A stretch of DNA of 64,000 nt. Source: Planctomycetota bacterium. GTDB lineage: Bacteria; Planctomycetota; UBA8108; SXIK01. Where the stretch lies: positions 7,008,001 to 7,072,000 of the forward strand of contig CBDCXR010000004.1 in assembly GCA_965223845.1 (NCBI GenBank). The letters run 5' to 3'. The stretch's first letter is position 1. Every line of letters begins with the position of its first letter. Positions 29,308-38,595 of the stretch are shown here, one piece after another. Under the pieces are notes generated by a model. That model worked only from the letters and a program-made list of their open reading frames with translations, had not been told where the DNA came from and did no database searches. The translations under genes were made by a program, and so were the position numbers.

Positions 29308-31245
29308 TCAGGAGCCCGTGTTTCGCAGCACGCGACGATCGCCTTGCCGCAGAGTGAACCCGGTTTGGTCGAGGTGCTCGAGAAGCGGGATCACGTACTT
29401 CCTCGTCGAACCGAGGAGCTCCTTCGCATCCGAGGCCGTCACCGCACCGGCCGCTTCGATGTGCGCGCGGAGTCGGTCCTTCGCGGTTGCGATCGCGTCT
29501 CGATGGAGCACGATTCCTCCTCCGATCGAAACGAGATCGCCGTCGTCCTCGAGCAGTGCGGCGAGCTCTTGCGCGACCTTCGGATCCCAGCCGCGCTCCG
29601 CGGCGAGCTCGGCCGCCGATGGCGGCGAGAACAGCTTCTCCCGCGTCTCCGCGAGGATCGTAGCCCGGATCTCTTCGTCGCGGTCCGTGAGGCGTGGGCC
29701 GAAGTCTCGGAACGCGAGCTTCCCCGCGGCGCGCTCCTCGATCTCACCGCTCTCGGCCATCGCGCCGACGAGCTCCGCGAGGAACGAGTCGCTCGCCCGC
29801 AGCTCGTGTCGGAGGTCGAGCTTCGACATGGTTCGGCTCCGCGGCTGCTTCGCAAAATGCTTCTCGGCGATGTCGCCGACGCTCGCGCGGGCTTCCTCGA
29901 GCTTTGCCGTCGAGACCAGTTGACGGCCACGGCTCGCCTGCTTCACCGCGCCGCCCGCGAGAAGCTGCTCCACGATCGCCTGACACTCCTCCGGCGGCAA
30001 ACAGACGCGGAGCGCGAGTTCTTTCGACGAAAGCGTCTCGAATCCGGCCCGCTCGAGAGTGCTCACGACGAGTTGCGTCGGGTCACCGACGGTCGTCGCG
30101 CGCGCGCGAAGCTCGTCGATCACGTATTCCTTCCCCGTTTTCAATCGCCAACGCGAGGTGTCGAGTAGCTCGCCGCCTCCGATCGTCCACGCCGGCGAAT
30201 AGCTCCGGAGGACGAATCGATCTCCCGGCGCCGCGACGAGGGGCGCGTCGAGGCGAAACTGGACGAAGGTCTCCTCTCCCGGCTCGACGGTCTTTCGCTC
30301 GAGCAAGTAGACGCGCCCGAGAGCTTCCGCGGTTCCGGTGTGGAGGCGGACGGGCGCCTGATGGAGCAGCGGCTTCCGGTTACCGGAAAGATACCGGAGC
30401 CGCGCCTCGAACATCGTCGCTCCCTTCAGGTAGCCGGGCTCGGTGAGGACCATGCCGCGCTCGACCCGACGGTAGTCGATATCGGTCAGGTTGATCGCCG
30501 ACGAGTGCCCGGCGCGCGCGAAGTCGGTCGCTTCCTTGTACGCGTGGATGCCGCGCACGCGTCCTTTGGCCGCGAGCGGGACGATCTCGAGCGTGTCGCC
30601 GATCTTCGTGCTGCCACTCACGGGTACGCCGGTGACCACGGTGCCGAAGCCCTTGGCCGAGAAGATGCGCTGGATCGGCAGCCGGAAGATGCCGCTTTCG
30701 TCGCGCGGCCGAACCGAGGCGAGTTGCTCGTGGAGAAGGCGGAGGAGCTCCGGGATTCCCTCGCCTGTCGTCGAGGAGACCTCGACGATCGGTGCATCGC
30801 GAAGAAACGTCTCGCCGAGCGATTCACGGATGTCTTCGCGGACGAGCTCACGCAGATCCTCCTCGACGATGTCGATCTTCGTGATCGCGACGATGCCGTG
30901 CTCGATGCCGAGCAGGTCCATGATCGCGACGTGCTCTTCCGTCTGCGGCATCACGCCGTCGTCCGCGGCGACGACGAGGATCACGAGGTCGATTCCCGTC
31001 GCGCCGGCGACCATGTTCTTTACGAGTCGCTCGTGGCCCGGGACGTCGATGATGCCCACGCGCAGCCCGCTCTCGAGCTCGAGCGGAGCGAAACCGAGAT
31101 CGATCGTGAGTCCGCGCTCTTTCTCCTCGGGGAGGCGGTCTGGATCGATGCCCGAAAGGCGCTGAACGAGCGACGACTTGCCGTGGTCGATGTGGCCGGC
31201 GGTGCCGACGACGACGTTAAAGATCGTCTCGCGGTTCTTTTTCAT
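29308..31245 (-). CDS. selB: Selenocysteine-specific elongation factor
   Basis: [34 protein letters not shown], and C-terminal winged-helix [13 protein letters not shown]. Confidence 0.97.
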   Translation of the reverse strand: MKKNRETIFNVVVGTAGHIDHGKSSLVQRLSGIDPDRLPEEKERGLTIDLGFAPLELESGLRVGIIDVPGHERLVKNMVAGATGIDLVILVVAADDGVMPQTEEHVAIMDLLGIEHGIVAITKIDIVEEDLRELVREDIRESLGETFLRDAPIVEVSSTTGEGIPELLRLLHEQLASVRPRDESGIFRLPIQRIFSAKGFGTVVTGVPVSGSTKIGDTLEIVPLAAKGRVRGIHAYKEATDFARAGHSSAINLTDIDYRRVERGMVLTEPGYLKGATMFEARLRYLSGNRKPLLHQAPVRLHTGTAEALGRVYLLERKTVEPGEETFVQFRLDAPLVAAPGDRFVLRSYSPAWTIGGGELLDTSRWRLKTGKEYVIDELRARATTVGDPTQLVVSTLERAGFETLSSKELALRVCLPPEECQAIVEQLLAGGAVKQASRGRQLVSTAKLEEARASVGDIAEKHFAKQPRSRTMSKLDLRHELRASDSFLAELVGAMAESGEIEERAAGKLAFRDFGPRLTDRDEEIRATILAETREKLFSPPSAAELAAERGWDPKVAQELAALLEDDGDLVSIGGGIVLHRDAIATAKDRLRAHIEAAGAVTASDAKELLGSTRKYVIPLLEHLDQTGFTLRQGDRRVLRNTGS

Positions 31246-31340
31246 TGCGGGCGGTCGTCGTCGAGTGGGAAGTGCCCGTGGGGCAACGACTTCCAGCGGT
31301 CTTCGCGCCGCGCGAGAGGCGCGCCGCCGGCGGGCCGACC

Positions 31341-31369
31341 TTGACAGTATTTCTCCTAAGATCTACTAT
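31341..31369 (+). promoter_or_regulatory. Near-consensus sigma70 promoter
   Basis: TTGACA (31341-31346), 17-nt spacer, TACTAT (31364-31369), upstream of the 31531 gene. Confidence 0.8.
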
Positions 31370-31530
31370 CGCAAGGGTTTCAGTTGCCCGGCAGGGTCTC
31401 CGAACCCGCGATTCTCCCCACCAAATTCGGCCGCGTCCGCCGGCCTCGCCAACCTGCCGCCGGCTGCACAGTTCGCCCGCGTGGTCGCCGCCCAACTGCC
31501 GTTGTTGTCGCGTTACATACGAGAAACGCA

Positions 31531-32406
31531 ATGTCCAAATCGCACGATCTACTCTTCTGCAAGGTGGCGATGACCGCGGGAATGGTCACCCAGCAGCAGG
31601 CGCAGAAGGTCCTCGCCCTCGTGGACCGCAGGGAGCAGGAAACCGGACGTCGGCCGATGATCGGCGCGGTTTTCTCCAAGTATCAGATTCTGACGCCGCA
31701 AGAGGTGCAGCGCGTTACGGAAGCGGTGCGCAAGCGCGCGGGCGATTCGGTCGTCGCTGGCGCTCGCGGTGCGGGCGGCGGGAGTGGACGAGGTCGATCG
31801 GGCGGAAAGCCTCGAGGACGGCCCAAGAAGAAGAAAAAGCCGATCGATCAGCAGACGCTCATGATGGGGGTTGGATTCGGCGTCGTGTTTCTCGGCGTCG
31901 TGGTCGCGCTCGGCGTGCTCTTTTGGGGCGGCGGCGGTGATCCCGGACCGGTCGACTCGACGGGTTCGGGCGGCTCGCCGATGGCGGCGAGCGTGGGCGG
32001 GAACGACGACGACATCGACGATTCGGACCTCGGCGACGAGCTCGAAGCGGAAGCCGAGCGCACGCTCTCGGGTGACGCGATTCAGGATCTCCACAGTCGC
32101 TTCGGCGACGTCATGAACGACCGCATCGAGAATCCCGCGCGCGCGCTCACCGCATTTCAGGCGATCTCGGCGAAGATCGCCGAGTACGAGCGGAACGGGT
32201 ACGTGATCCCGCCGGACATTCAGGATCGGCTCGGCAGTACGCGATCGGCTTTGGCCGATCTCGAGGGCGGGGACGGGGCGAGTCCACCGCCCGCTCCCGA
32301 TCCCGCCGCCGGAGACGGCTCAGCGGAGCCGGAGACGCCACCCGAGCCCGCCGCGGAGCCGGAGAGCGACGACGATCTCGGCGAGATCGACCTCGACGAT
32401 CTGTAG
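31531..32406 (+). CDS. Single-pass membrane protein with MshEN/GSPII_N-like N-domain and acidic tail
   Basis: DLLFCKVAMTAGMVTQQQAQKVL…MIGAVFSKYQILTPQEVQRV, then a KKKKK cluster, a TM (GVGFGVVFLGVVVALGVLFW) and an acidic/Pro-rich C-terminus. Confidence 0.7.
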   Translation: MSKSHDLLFCKVAMTAGMVTQQQAQKVLALVDRREQETGRRPMIGAVFSKYQILTPQEVQRVTEAVRKRAGDSVVAGARGAGGGSGRGRSGGKPRGRPKKKKKPIDQQTLMMGVGFGVVFLGVVVALGVLFWGGGGDPGPVDSTGSGGSPMAASVGGNDDDIDDSDLGDELEAEAERTLSGDAIQDLHSRFGDVMNDRIENPARALTAFQAISAKIAEYERNGYVIPPDIQDRLGSTRSALADLEGGDGASPPPAPDPAAGDGSAEPETPPEPAAEPESDDDLGEIDLDDL

Positions 32407-32470
32407 GCGCGCGAGCACCCAGAGCGGGCTGCGTTCGTCCGGTGACGCGCTCGAGGCAGAGCTCGGAGGC

Positions 32471-33214
32471 CTAGTGCGCCGCCCAATCGCGCAGATCGCC
32501 CGGGCCGAGCTCGCGCCACGCTCCTTCGGCTAGGTCACCGAGCCGGAGGGATCCGATGCGGGTACGAGAGAGCTCGAGCACCGGGTGCCCGATGGCGTCG
32601 AACATCCGCCGGAGCTGGCGCTTCCGACCTTCGTGAATCACGATTTCGACGCGCGTCGAGTGCGTCCCCGGCGTGACTCTTGCGACGCGCGCGCGGGACG
32701 TCGGGCGTTCGTCCCCGATGTCGACTCCCCGCTCGAGCCGCGCGAGTGCGTCGGCAGACGGCGCTCCGCGTACGACCGCCGCGTACTCCTTCTCGGTTTC
32801 GAAGCTCGGGTGGGTGATCCGATGACCGAGCTCGCCGTCGTTCGTGAGGACGAGGAGCCCGCTCGTGTCGAAGTCGAGGCGCCCGACCGGCACGACGCCC
32901 TGCGTGCGAAGCTCGGACGGGAGGAGGTCGAGCACCGAAGGGCGACCCTGTGGATCTCGCGTCGTCGTCAGCACGCCGCACGGCTTGTGAAGCGCGATCG
33001 TCACGCGTGGGAGAGCGCGGATCGGGCGACCGTCGATGCAGACCTCGTCCCCTTCTTCGATGACGATCCCGAGGCGGTCGACGACTTCGCCGTTCAGCGT
33101 GACTCGTCCCGCCGCGATCCATCGCTCCGCCGTCCGCCGTGAGAGCTCGCTCGAATTCGCGATGAACTTGTGGAGTCGAATACCGCCGCGTTGTTTTTGC
33201 GGGCCTTCAGTCAA
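32471..33214 (-). CDS. RsuA/RluB-family pseudouridine synthase
   Basis: S4 domain RLHKFIA…SRR, HKPCG, VGRLDFDTSGLL, EGRKRQLRRM; probable TTG start at 33214 after GAGGGA. Confidence 0.93.
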   Translation of the reverse strand: MTEGPQKQRGGIRLHKFIANSSELSRRTAERWIAAGRVTLNGEVVDRLGIVIEEGDEVCIDGRPIRALPRVTIALHKPCGVLTTTRDPQGRPSVLDLLPSELRTQGVVPVGRLDFDTSGLLVLTNDGELGHRITHPSFETEKEYAAVVRGAPSADALARLERGVDIGDERPTSRARVARVTPGTHSTRVEIVIHEGRKRQLRRMFDAIGHPVLELSRTRIGSLRLGDLAEGAWRELGPGDLRDWAAH

Positions 33215-33375
33215 GAGTCCCTCGTTCTTCTTCGTCGCTCGTTGATCGCGCGATTCTCCCGAACGATCGCATGCGATCAAGTGCTCGGCGGCGCGGAGTG
33301 AGACCGGCGGCGAAGTCTCTCGTAGATCGGTCGCTCCGCCGAACTTAGCGCGGCTCGCGATGAATTCGCGGGCCG

Positions 33376-33390
33376 TGGCATTCCTTGTGC
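33376..33390 (+). promoter_or_regulatory. Candidate sigma54 (-24/-12) promoter
   Basis: TGGCATTCCTTGTGC has exact GG-N10-GC spacing, about 160 nt upstream of the 33549 gene. Confidence 0.45.
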
Positions 33391-33548
33391 CTATGGCGAT
33401 CCCGCGCGTGTCGATGGCCGGCGCCTCGTCGGTGCCGGAGCTCGTTGGATCGCTCGGAAAAGCCGCGATGGCTGATCGGAACGCGAACGCGCGGCCTCGC
33501 TCCGGTCGAACCGAATTCGAATCGAAATCAGGATAGGAACTCGAAGGA

Positions 33549-34991
33549 ATGCATCAACTAGCGAATCTCCGAATCTCGCTCGCTCCGCCGACCCGCCCGC
33601 GGTTTGTGCGCACGAGCGGCAGCCGGCCTCGATGCGCTCGTCCGTGCGCGTCGTTCGCCACCCGTTTTCTTTCGGTCGGAATCATGCTCGTCGCCCTCGG
33701 TCCGCCTCTGGCGGGATCGGAGGTTCCTCGGGGGCGGTTGATCGTCGCGGATTCGAGCGACGATCGACTGCTCGCGCTCGAAGACGTCGACGCGTCCGGA
33801 TCCATCGATCCCGCCGTCGCCGGTGAGGTGATGCCGTTCTACGACGATGCGAGCGAAGGCCCAGACTTGTCGACGCCTTCCCACCTCGTGCACGACGAGG
33901 ACGGCCGAACCTTCCTCCTCGACGGTGGGACGCTCGACATGGTTCTCGTCCTCGACGACCGCAACGAGGACGGCGACGCGAACGATGCTGACGAATTCCG
34001 CGTCTACTACAGCTCCGAGGACGGTGACGTCGAGCTCAAGACGCCCAACACGCTCGCCTGGTCGACGGACGGCGCACTCCTCGTGGCGGATGACGGAAGC
34101 GCGGCTCGACGCGTCGTGCGCCTCGATGATCTGAACGGCGACGGCGACGCGCTCGACCTGGGTGAGGCGACGGTCGTCTACGATGCGAGCGCGGCTTCGA
34201 TCGTGATCGAGGACATCGAATCCCTCGCCGTGGATCGCGACGGCACGATCTACGCCGGTGATAGCACGCTCGGCGCGATCGTGTCGATGAGCGACCAGAA
34301 CGGCGACGGCGACTACTTGGATGCGGACGAAGTGACACTCTTCTTCGAGAGTTCGGAGGATTTCGCGCTCGCCGATATCGACGCGGTGGCGGCCGTGGAC
34401 GGAATCGTTTTTGCCGCCGATGAAGATAGCGGCACCATTCTCCGTCTCGTCGACCTCGACGGCGACTCTCGAGCCAGCGGATCGGATGAGGTCGGCGTGT
34501 TCCTCGATTCCTCGGCGATCGAGCGGGTGAGCGACGTCAACGACTTCCTCGCCCTCGACGAACGAACCCTCCTCGTTCTCGACGGAAAGAAGGACACGGT
34601 CTTCGTCGTCAGCGACGAAAACGGTGACTTCGACGCCCTCGACGAGGGGGAAACGCGCCAGTGGCTCGTCGATGCTGGCGACAGCCTCGCGACACCGAAC
34701 GCGCTGACTCTACTCCAGCCGACCGGGGTGCCCGGCGTTCAATTCGTTCGTGGAGATGTGTACGTCGATCAGAGGATCAACATTACGGATCCCGTGGCGC
34801 TTCTCGGATACCTCTTCGTCGATCAGGTGATCGAGTCCTGTCCGGACGCTCTCGATGCCGACGACGACGGCCGAACGAACATCACGGACGCGATCTATCT
34901 GCTCAACTATCTGTTCTCCGGTGGGAGTGCGCCGCCGCCACCGTTTCCCGCCGCCGGCGTCGATCCCACTGCGGACGAACTCGACTGCTGA
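33549..34991 (+). CDS. Exported acidic beta-propeller-like repeat protein with C-terminal dockerin-like domain
   Basis: Six ~55-aa repeats, each carrying DxNxDGDxxDxxE-like loops; C-terminal FVRGD…ITDPV…C…DADDDGRTNITDAIYLLNYLF…C. Start uncertain (33549 or 33684). Confidence 0.8.
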   Translation: MHQLANLRISLAPPTRPRFVRTSGSRPRCARPCASFATRFLSVGIMLVALGPPLAGSEVPRGRLIVADSSDDRLLALEDVDASGSIDPAVAGEVMPFYDDASEGPDLSTPSHLVHDEDGRTFLLDGGTLDMVLVLDDRNEDGDANDADEFRVYYSSEDGDVELKTPNTLAWSTDGALLVADDGSAARRVVRLDDLNGDGDALDLGEATVVYDASAASIVIEDIESLAVDRDGTIYAGDSTLGAIVSMSDQNGDGDYLDADEVTLFFESSEDFALADIDAVAAVDGIVFAADEDSGTILRLVDLDGDSRASGSDEVGVFLDSSAIERVSDVNDFLALDERTLLVLDGKKDTVFVVSDENGDFDALDEGETRQWLVDAGDSLATPNALTLLQPTGVPGVQFVRGDVYVDQRINITDPVALLGYLFVDQVIESCPDALDADDDGRTNITDAIYLLNYLFSGGSAPPPPFPAAGVDPTADELDC

Positions 34992-35260
34992 CGGCCCCGA
35001 GCGTCCGGGCGTTTCTCGGAGATCGTGCCGCCGGTCTGGTGCACGAGTCATCGAGAGGCGTTCGGACCACTTTGATCCACTCGTGAGATTGAACTTCGCC
35101 CGGGAGCCACTTCGAGCGCCCCCCTCGATCCAACGTCCCTCTCTCCCCTCTCGTCCCTCCCCATCCTCCCACCGCTTGGGTTCCCGGGCGCTCTCTCGTC
35201 GTTCCGTCCCGCTGCAGACCCTCGAATCAGGAATCGAGCGCTCCTCGCGCTAGCCGAATC

Positions 35261-35767
35261 ATGTCGAAATTCATCCGCAGTCCATCGACCCGCACGGCGG
35301 ACGGAGAATCGATTCGCGAGATCGCGCGCGCTCTCGCCTTGCTTCGCACGACGTGCGTTCGCGTTCACCGCTACCTCAACGCGGGCTTCGACTCCTCGAT
35401 TTACCAGAGCGCGCTCGCGCACCGGCTGCGGAAGGAGGGTCTCCGCGTCACGACGCAGCCGAGCGTTTGCGTTCGCGACGAGGACGGCACCGAGATCGGA
35501 TCGTTCTCGGCGGACCTTCTGATCGAAGACGCGATTCTCGCCGAAGTGACGGTGGCGCGTGAGCTCTCCGAGGCGGCCGTCGAGCGTATGATTCGGCGCG
35601 TGACGGCGTCGCGGTACCGCCACGGCGCACTCGTCGGCTTCGGTGGGGTCAAGCTCGAGTTCCGCCGAGTCTTCTCTCGTCGCACCCGCGGTCGGAATGG
35701 TGCGAACGCCGCGCGACCGCTGGCGGAGCGCCGCCGACCACCCCGCACGTCTGAATCGTCAGACTAA
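35261..35767 (+). CDS. Degenerate GxxExxY-family (PD-(D/E)xK-like) protein
   Basis: VHRYLNAGFDSSIYQSAL…ADLLIEDAILAEV…GALVGFG aligns by eye with the GxxExxY family, but key residues are substituted. Confidence 0.75.
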   Translation: MSKFIRSPSTRTADGESIREIARALALLRTTCVRVHRYLNAGFDSSIYQSALAHRLRKEGLRVTTQPSVCVRDEDGTEIGSFSADLLIEDAILAEVTVARELSEAAVERMIRRVTASRYRHGALVGFGGVKLEFRRVFSRRTRGRNGANAARPLAERRRPPRTSESSD

Positions 35768-35783
35768 GGACCCGGGAGGGCGA

Positions 35784-37205
35784 TCAGGCTTTTGCCCAGT
35801 GGTTCTTCCGCTGGCGCGACGAGGGAATGCCCTCTTGCTCGCGGTACTTCGTGACCGTTCGCCGGGCGATGTTGAGACCTTCCTTCTGAAGAACCTCCGC
35901 GATCGCGGCGTCCGAGAGAGGCTTCGTCTTCTCTTCGTTCTCGATGATCTGCGCGATGCGGCGGTAGATGATCCGGCGAGACTCGACTTCGCCGTTCGCG
36001 TTCCCAACCCCACCGGTGAAGAAATAGCGGAGCTCGAAGAGTCCCCACGGAGTCTGCATGTACTTGTTCTTGATCGCGCGGCTGACGGTCGAGATGTGAA
36101 CACCGACCGCGTCTGCGATCGTCTGCATCTTGAGCGCGCGAATACACTCCGGGCTCTTCAGAAAGAACTCCCGCTGGTAGTCGACCATCGCGACGGCGAT
36201 GTCGTAGAGCGTGTTCTGTCGCTGCTTGATCGCCTGGATGAGCCACTGCGCGGACTCGATCTTGCCTCTCACGAACTTTCCGAGCTCCCGGTCCCGGCGA
36301 GACTCTTGGAGAAGATCGCGACAGGACTCGCTGATCGAGAGCTGAGGGAGCGAGCCCGATTCGATCCGGACGTGAATCTTGCCGTCGGAAACCTCGACGA
36401 ACACGTCCGGCTTTACGTAGACCGTCGGTTCCGAATCGAACTGGCTTCCGGGGTGGGGATCCAGCTGACGAATGATCTCGAGAGCGTCGCGAATTTCGTC
36501 GATCGACGTCTTCAGATCCTTCGCGATCTTCGGGATCTTGTTGTCGCGGAGGTCCGCGAGGTGATTCACGATGAGCTGCGTCTCGAGAGGATACTCCTGC
36601 GCATCGCGTTCGAGCTGGAGGAGAAGGCACTCCTGCAGGTTCTCAGCTCCGATCCCAGGGGGGTCGAGGCTGCGAATCGTCGTGAGTGCGGACTGGAAGT
36701 CATCGAGCGAGCACTGATCCTGAATCGATTCGTAGAGCTCGACCGCGGACGACAACAAATAACCGCGGTGATCCAGGTTTTGAATCAGCTCCAGTCCGAC
36801 CTCTCGGACGCGTTCGGGCAGCGTGAGGAGTCGGAGCTGCTCGGTAAGGTGCTCGCGGAGGCCGGGCGGACGACCTTGCGTGTTCTGCAGCGCCTGCAGC
36901 TTGTCGTCTCCGCCGCTGATCGTCGAGCGGTTCGAGTAGAGACTTCCCGGACCTTCCCCCGTGAGACGAAAGCTGTCGATGCGTTCGAAGCCGGACTCGT
37001 CCTTCGGTTCCGGAGTCGACGGAACATCGAACTTCGACTCCTGAACGTTCGGGTCGTGGACCTCGAGCGCCGGGTTCTCCGCGAACTCCTTCTCGATGCG
37101 TTGCTGAAGGTCCTGCGCCGTGAGCAGCAGAATGTCCATGGAGAGGATCATCTGCGGCGCAAGGATCTGCTGCTGCTGGAGTTTTTGGGTGAGTTCGAGC
37201 TTCAT
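35784..37205 (-). CDS. rpoN: RNA polymerase sigma-54 factor
   Basis: Gln-rich region I, ENPALE, LDPPGIGA…ECLLLQL, HISTVSRA, RpoN box ARRTVTKYRE. Confidence 0.97.
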   Translation of the reverse strand: MKLELTQKLQQQQILAPQMILSMDILLLTAQDLQQRIEKEFAENPALEVHDPNVQESKFDVPSTPEPKDESGFERIDSFRLTGEGPGSLYSNRSTISGGDDKLQALQNTQGRPPGLREHLTEQLRLLTLPERVREVGLELIQNLDHRGYLLSSAVELYESIQDQCSLDDFQSALTTIRSLDPPGIGAENLQECLLLQLERDAQEYPLETQLIVNHLADLRDNKIPKIAKDLKTSIDEIRDALEIIRQLDPHPGSQFDSEPTVYVKPDVFVEVSDGKIHVRIESGSLPQLSISESCRDLLQESRRDRELGKFVRGKIESAQWLIQAIKQRQNTLYDIAVAMVDYQREFFLKSPECIRALKMQTIADAVGVHISTVSRAIKNKYMQTPWGLFELRYFFTGGVGNANGEVESRRIIYRRIAQIIENEEKTKPLSDAAIAEVLQKEGLNIARRTVTKYREQEGIPSSRQRKNHWAKA

Positions 37206-37425
37206 CGTCCCTCTCTAAGGTTGCCGAGAAGCCCACGTTCCGTCGTTGTCGAGCGGCGTGATCGCTGCTCGCTAGGAGTCTATGATGGGCCGGAAAACGC
37301 GTCAAACCGGCCGGGACTCGCCGTGGAGTCGATAGAAAGACGCGTCGACTTCGTCGGAGAGAGGAAGTCGAAGCAGATCGACGGCGATGCCTTCGGCGAT
37401 CGCACGGTGCGACGAAAGCGGACGG

Positions 37426-37785
37426 CTAGACCGCCTTCTTCGTGAAGAGATCGAACGCTTCCTCGCGCCCCTTCGCGACGGGAAAGATCTGGTAGACCCC
37501 GAGCAACTCGAAGATCTCCTTCACTTCGCGGGACGGTTCAACGAGAACGACGTTGCCGTCGTTCTCTTGACACGTGCCGACGACTCCGATGAAAACCCCA
37601 GCCCCCGCACTCGAGACATACTCGAGCTTTTTGATGTCGACGACGAATCGAAAAAATCCACTCTCGAAGTGTCGGTCGAAGAGCGATTCGAGAGTCTCGA
37701 AGTTGTGCGCATCGAGAATTCCGACAAGCTCGAAATAGATGATTCCGTCGCGATTGGTTTCGTTGAGAACCTTGAGATTGGGCAT
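37426..37785 (-). CDS. STAS-domain anti-sigma factor antagonist (RsbV/SpoIIAA-like)
   Basis: LVGILDAH…VVDIKKLEYVSSAGAG…VKEIFELLG. Confidence 0.92.
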   Translation of the reverse strand: MPNLKVLNETNRDGIIYFELVGILDAHNFETLESLFDRHFESGFFRFVVDIKKLEYVSSAGAGVFIGVVGTCQENDGNVVLVEPSREVKEIFELLGVYQIFPVAKGREEAFDLFTKKAV

Positions 37786-37936
37786 GGTGATCTTCGGCGG
37801 GACTCGGGCGATACCGGATTCGCGAACGCGCGGCCGTCGCGGCGAGCGGCTCGCTCAAGAGCTCATTCGGCCGAGTCCGCGTCGCGTTCTCGCTCTCTCG
37901 AACGCGACATCCGACTCGCAGTTGGTCAACGGTGGT

Positions 37937-38398
37937 CTAGGGTGCTTCTCCGACGGTCTCGAAACTCAGGACGTCGGATGGTTCATGAGTGCGATCGCGG
38001 AACTTCACCATCCGAAGGAGATTTCTTCCGTCCGACGTTCGTTCGTACTTCAGTTCATCGACGACGCGATGGATCAGATGAAGGCCGTACCCGCGACGCG
38101 TGCGCTGAGCGGGAAGCGGCGTTTTCGGTGGGGCGCTTGGATCGAAGGGATCACCGTGATCACTGACCTCGAGGCGCATGCATTTCTCGTCGAGCTCCAG
38201 TCGAACTTCGATGCGGAGCGGGTGCAGTTTCGAATGCTCGATCGCGTTTGCCGCCGCCTCATCGACCGCGAGCACGGCGTGCTGCGTCGTCACGGACCCG
38301 ACCTCATGTCCTGCGAGAAAGCTCTCGAGACGGCTACGAAGGTCCGCGAGTTGTGATGTGTCGGCGGTGATCGAGTCAGTAAAGCTGGAATTCGGCAT
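37937..38398 (-). CDS. Anti-sigma factor/serine kinase (RsbW/SpoIIAB-like)
   Basis: GHKL motifs AVDEAAANAIEH, DHGDPFDP, RRGYGLHLI…VDE. Confidence 0.92.
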   Translation of the reverse strand: MPNSSFTDSITADTSQLADLRSRLESFLAGHEVGSVTTQHAVLAVDEAAANAIEHSKLHPLRIEVRLELDEKCMRLEVSDHGDPFDPSAPPKTPLPAQRTRRGYGLHLIHRVVDELKYERTSDGRNLLRMVKFRDRTHEPSDVLSFETVGEAP

Positions 38399-38595
38399 GT
38401 CTCCCTCAGAAGACTACCACGCTCGCCTTCGATTGGCCGAACGAGCGGGCAGGGAGCGGCGGGAGCGTACGCAAGTCAAGTGAAGAGCGCCGGATGGGGC
38501 GCGGCGGGACGACCGTCGCGGCAGGGGTTCGACTCGAGTCGGGCGCGCCCGCTCGAGTCGTGGTCGCCTGCGGCATTCTCGGAACGTCCCGGTGG

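Noticed and set aside
31245-31530. Possible tRNA-Sec next to selB
   Set aside because: No UCA anticodon arm (CTTCAAA) on either strand; the region is explained by promoters.
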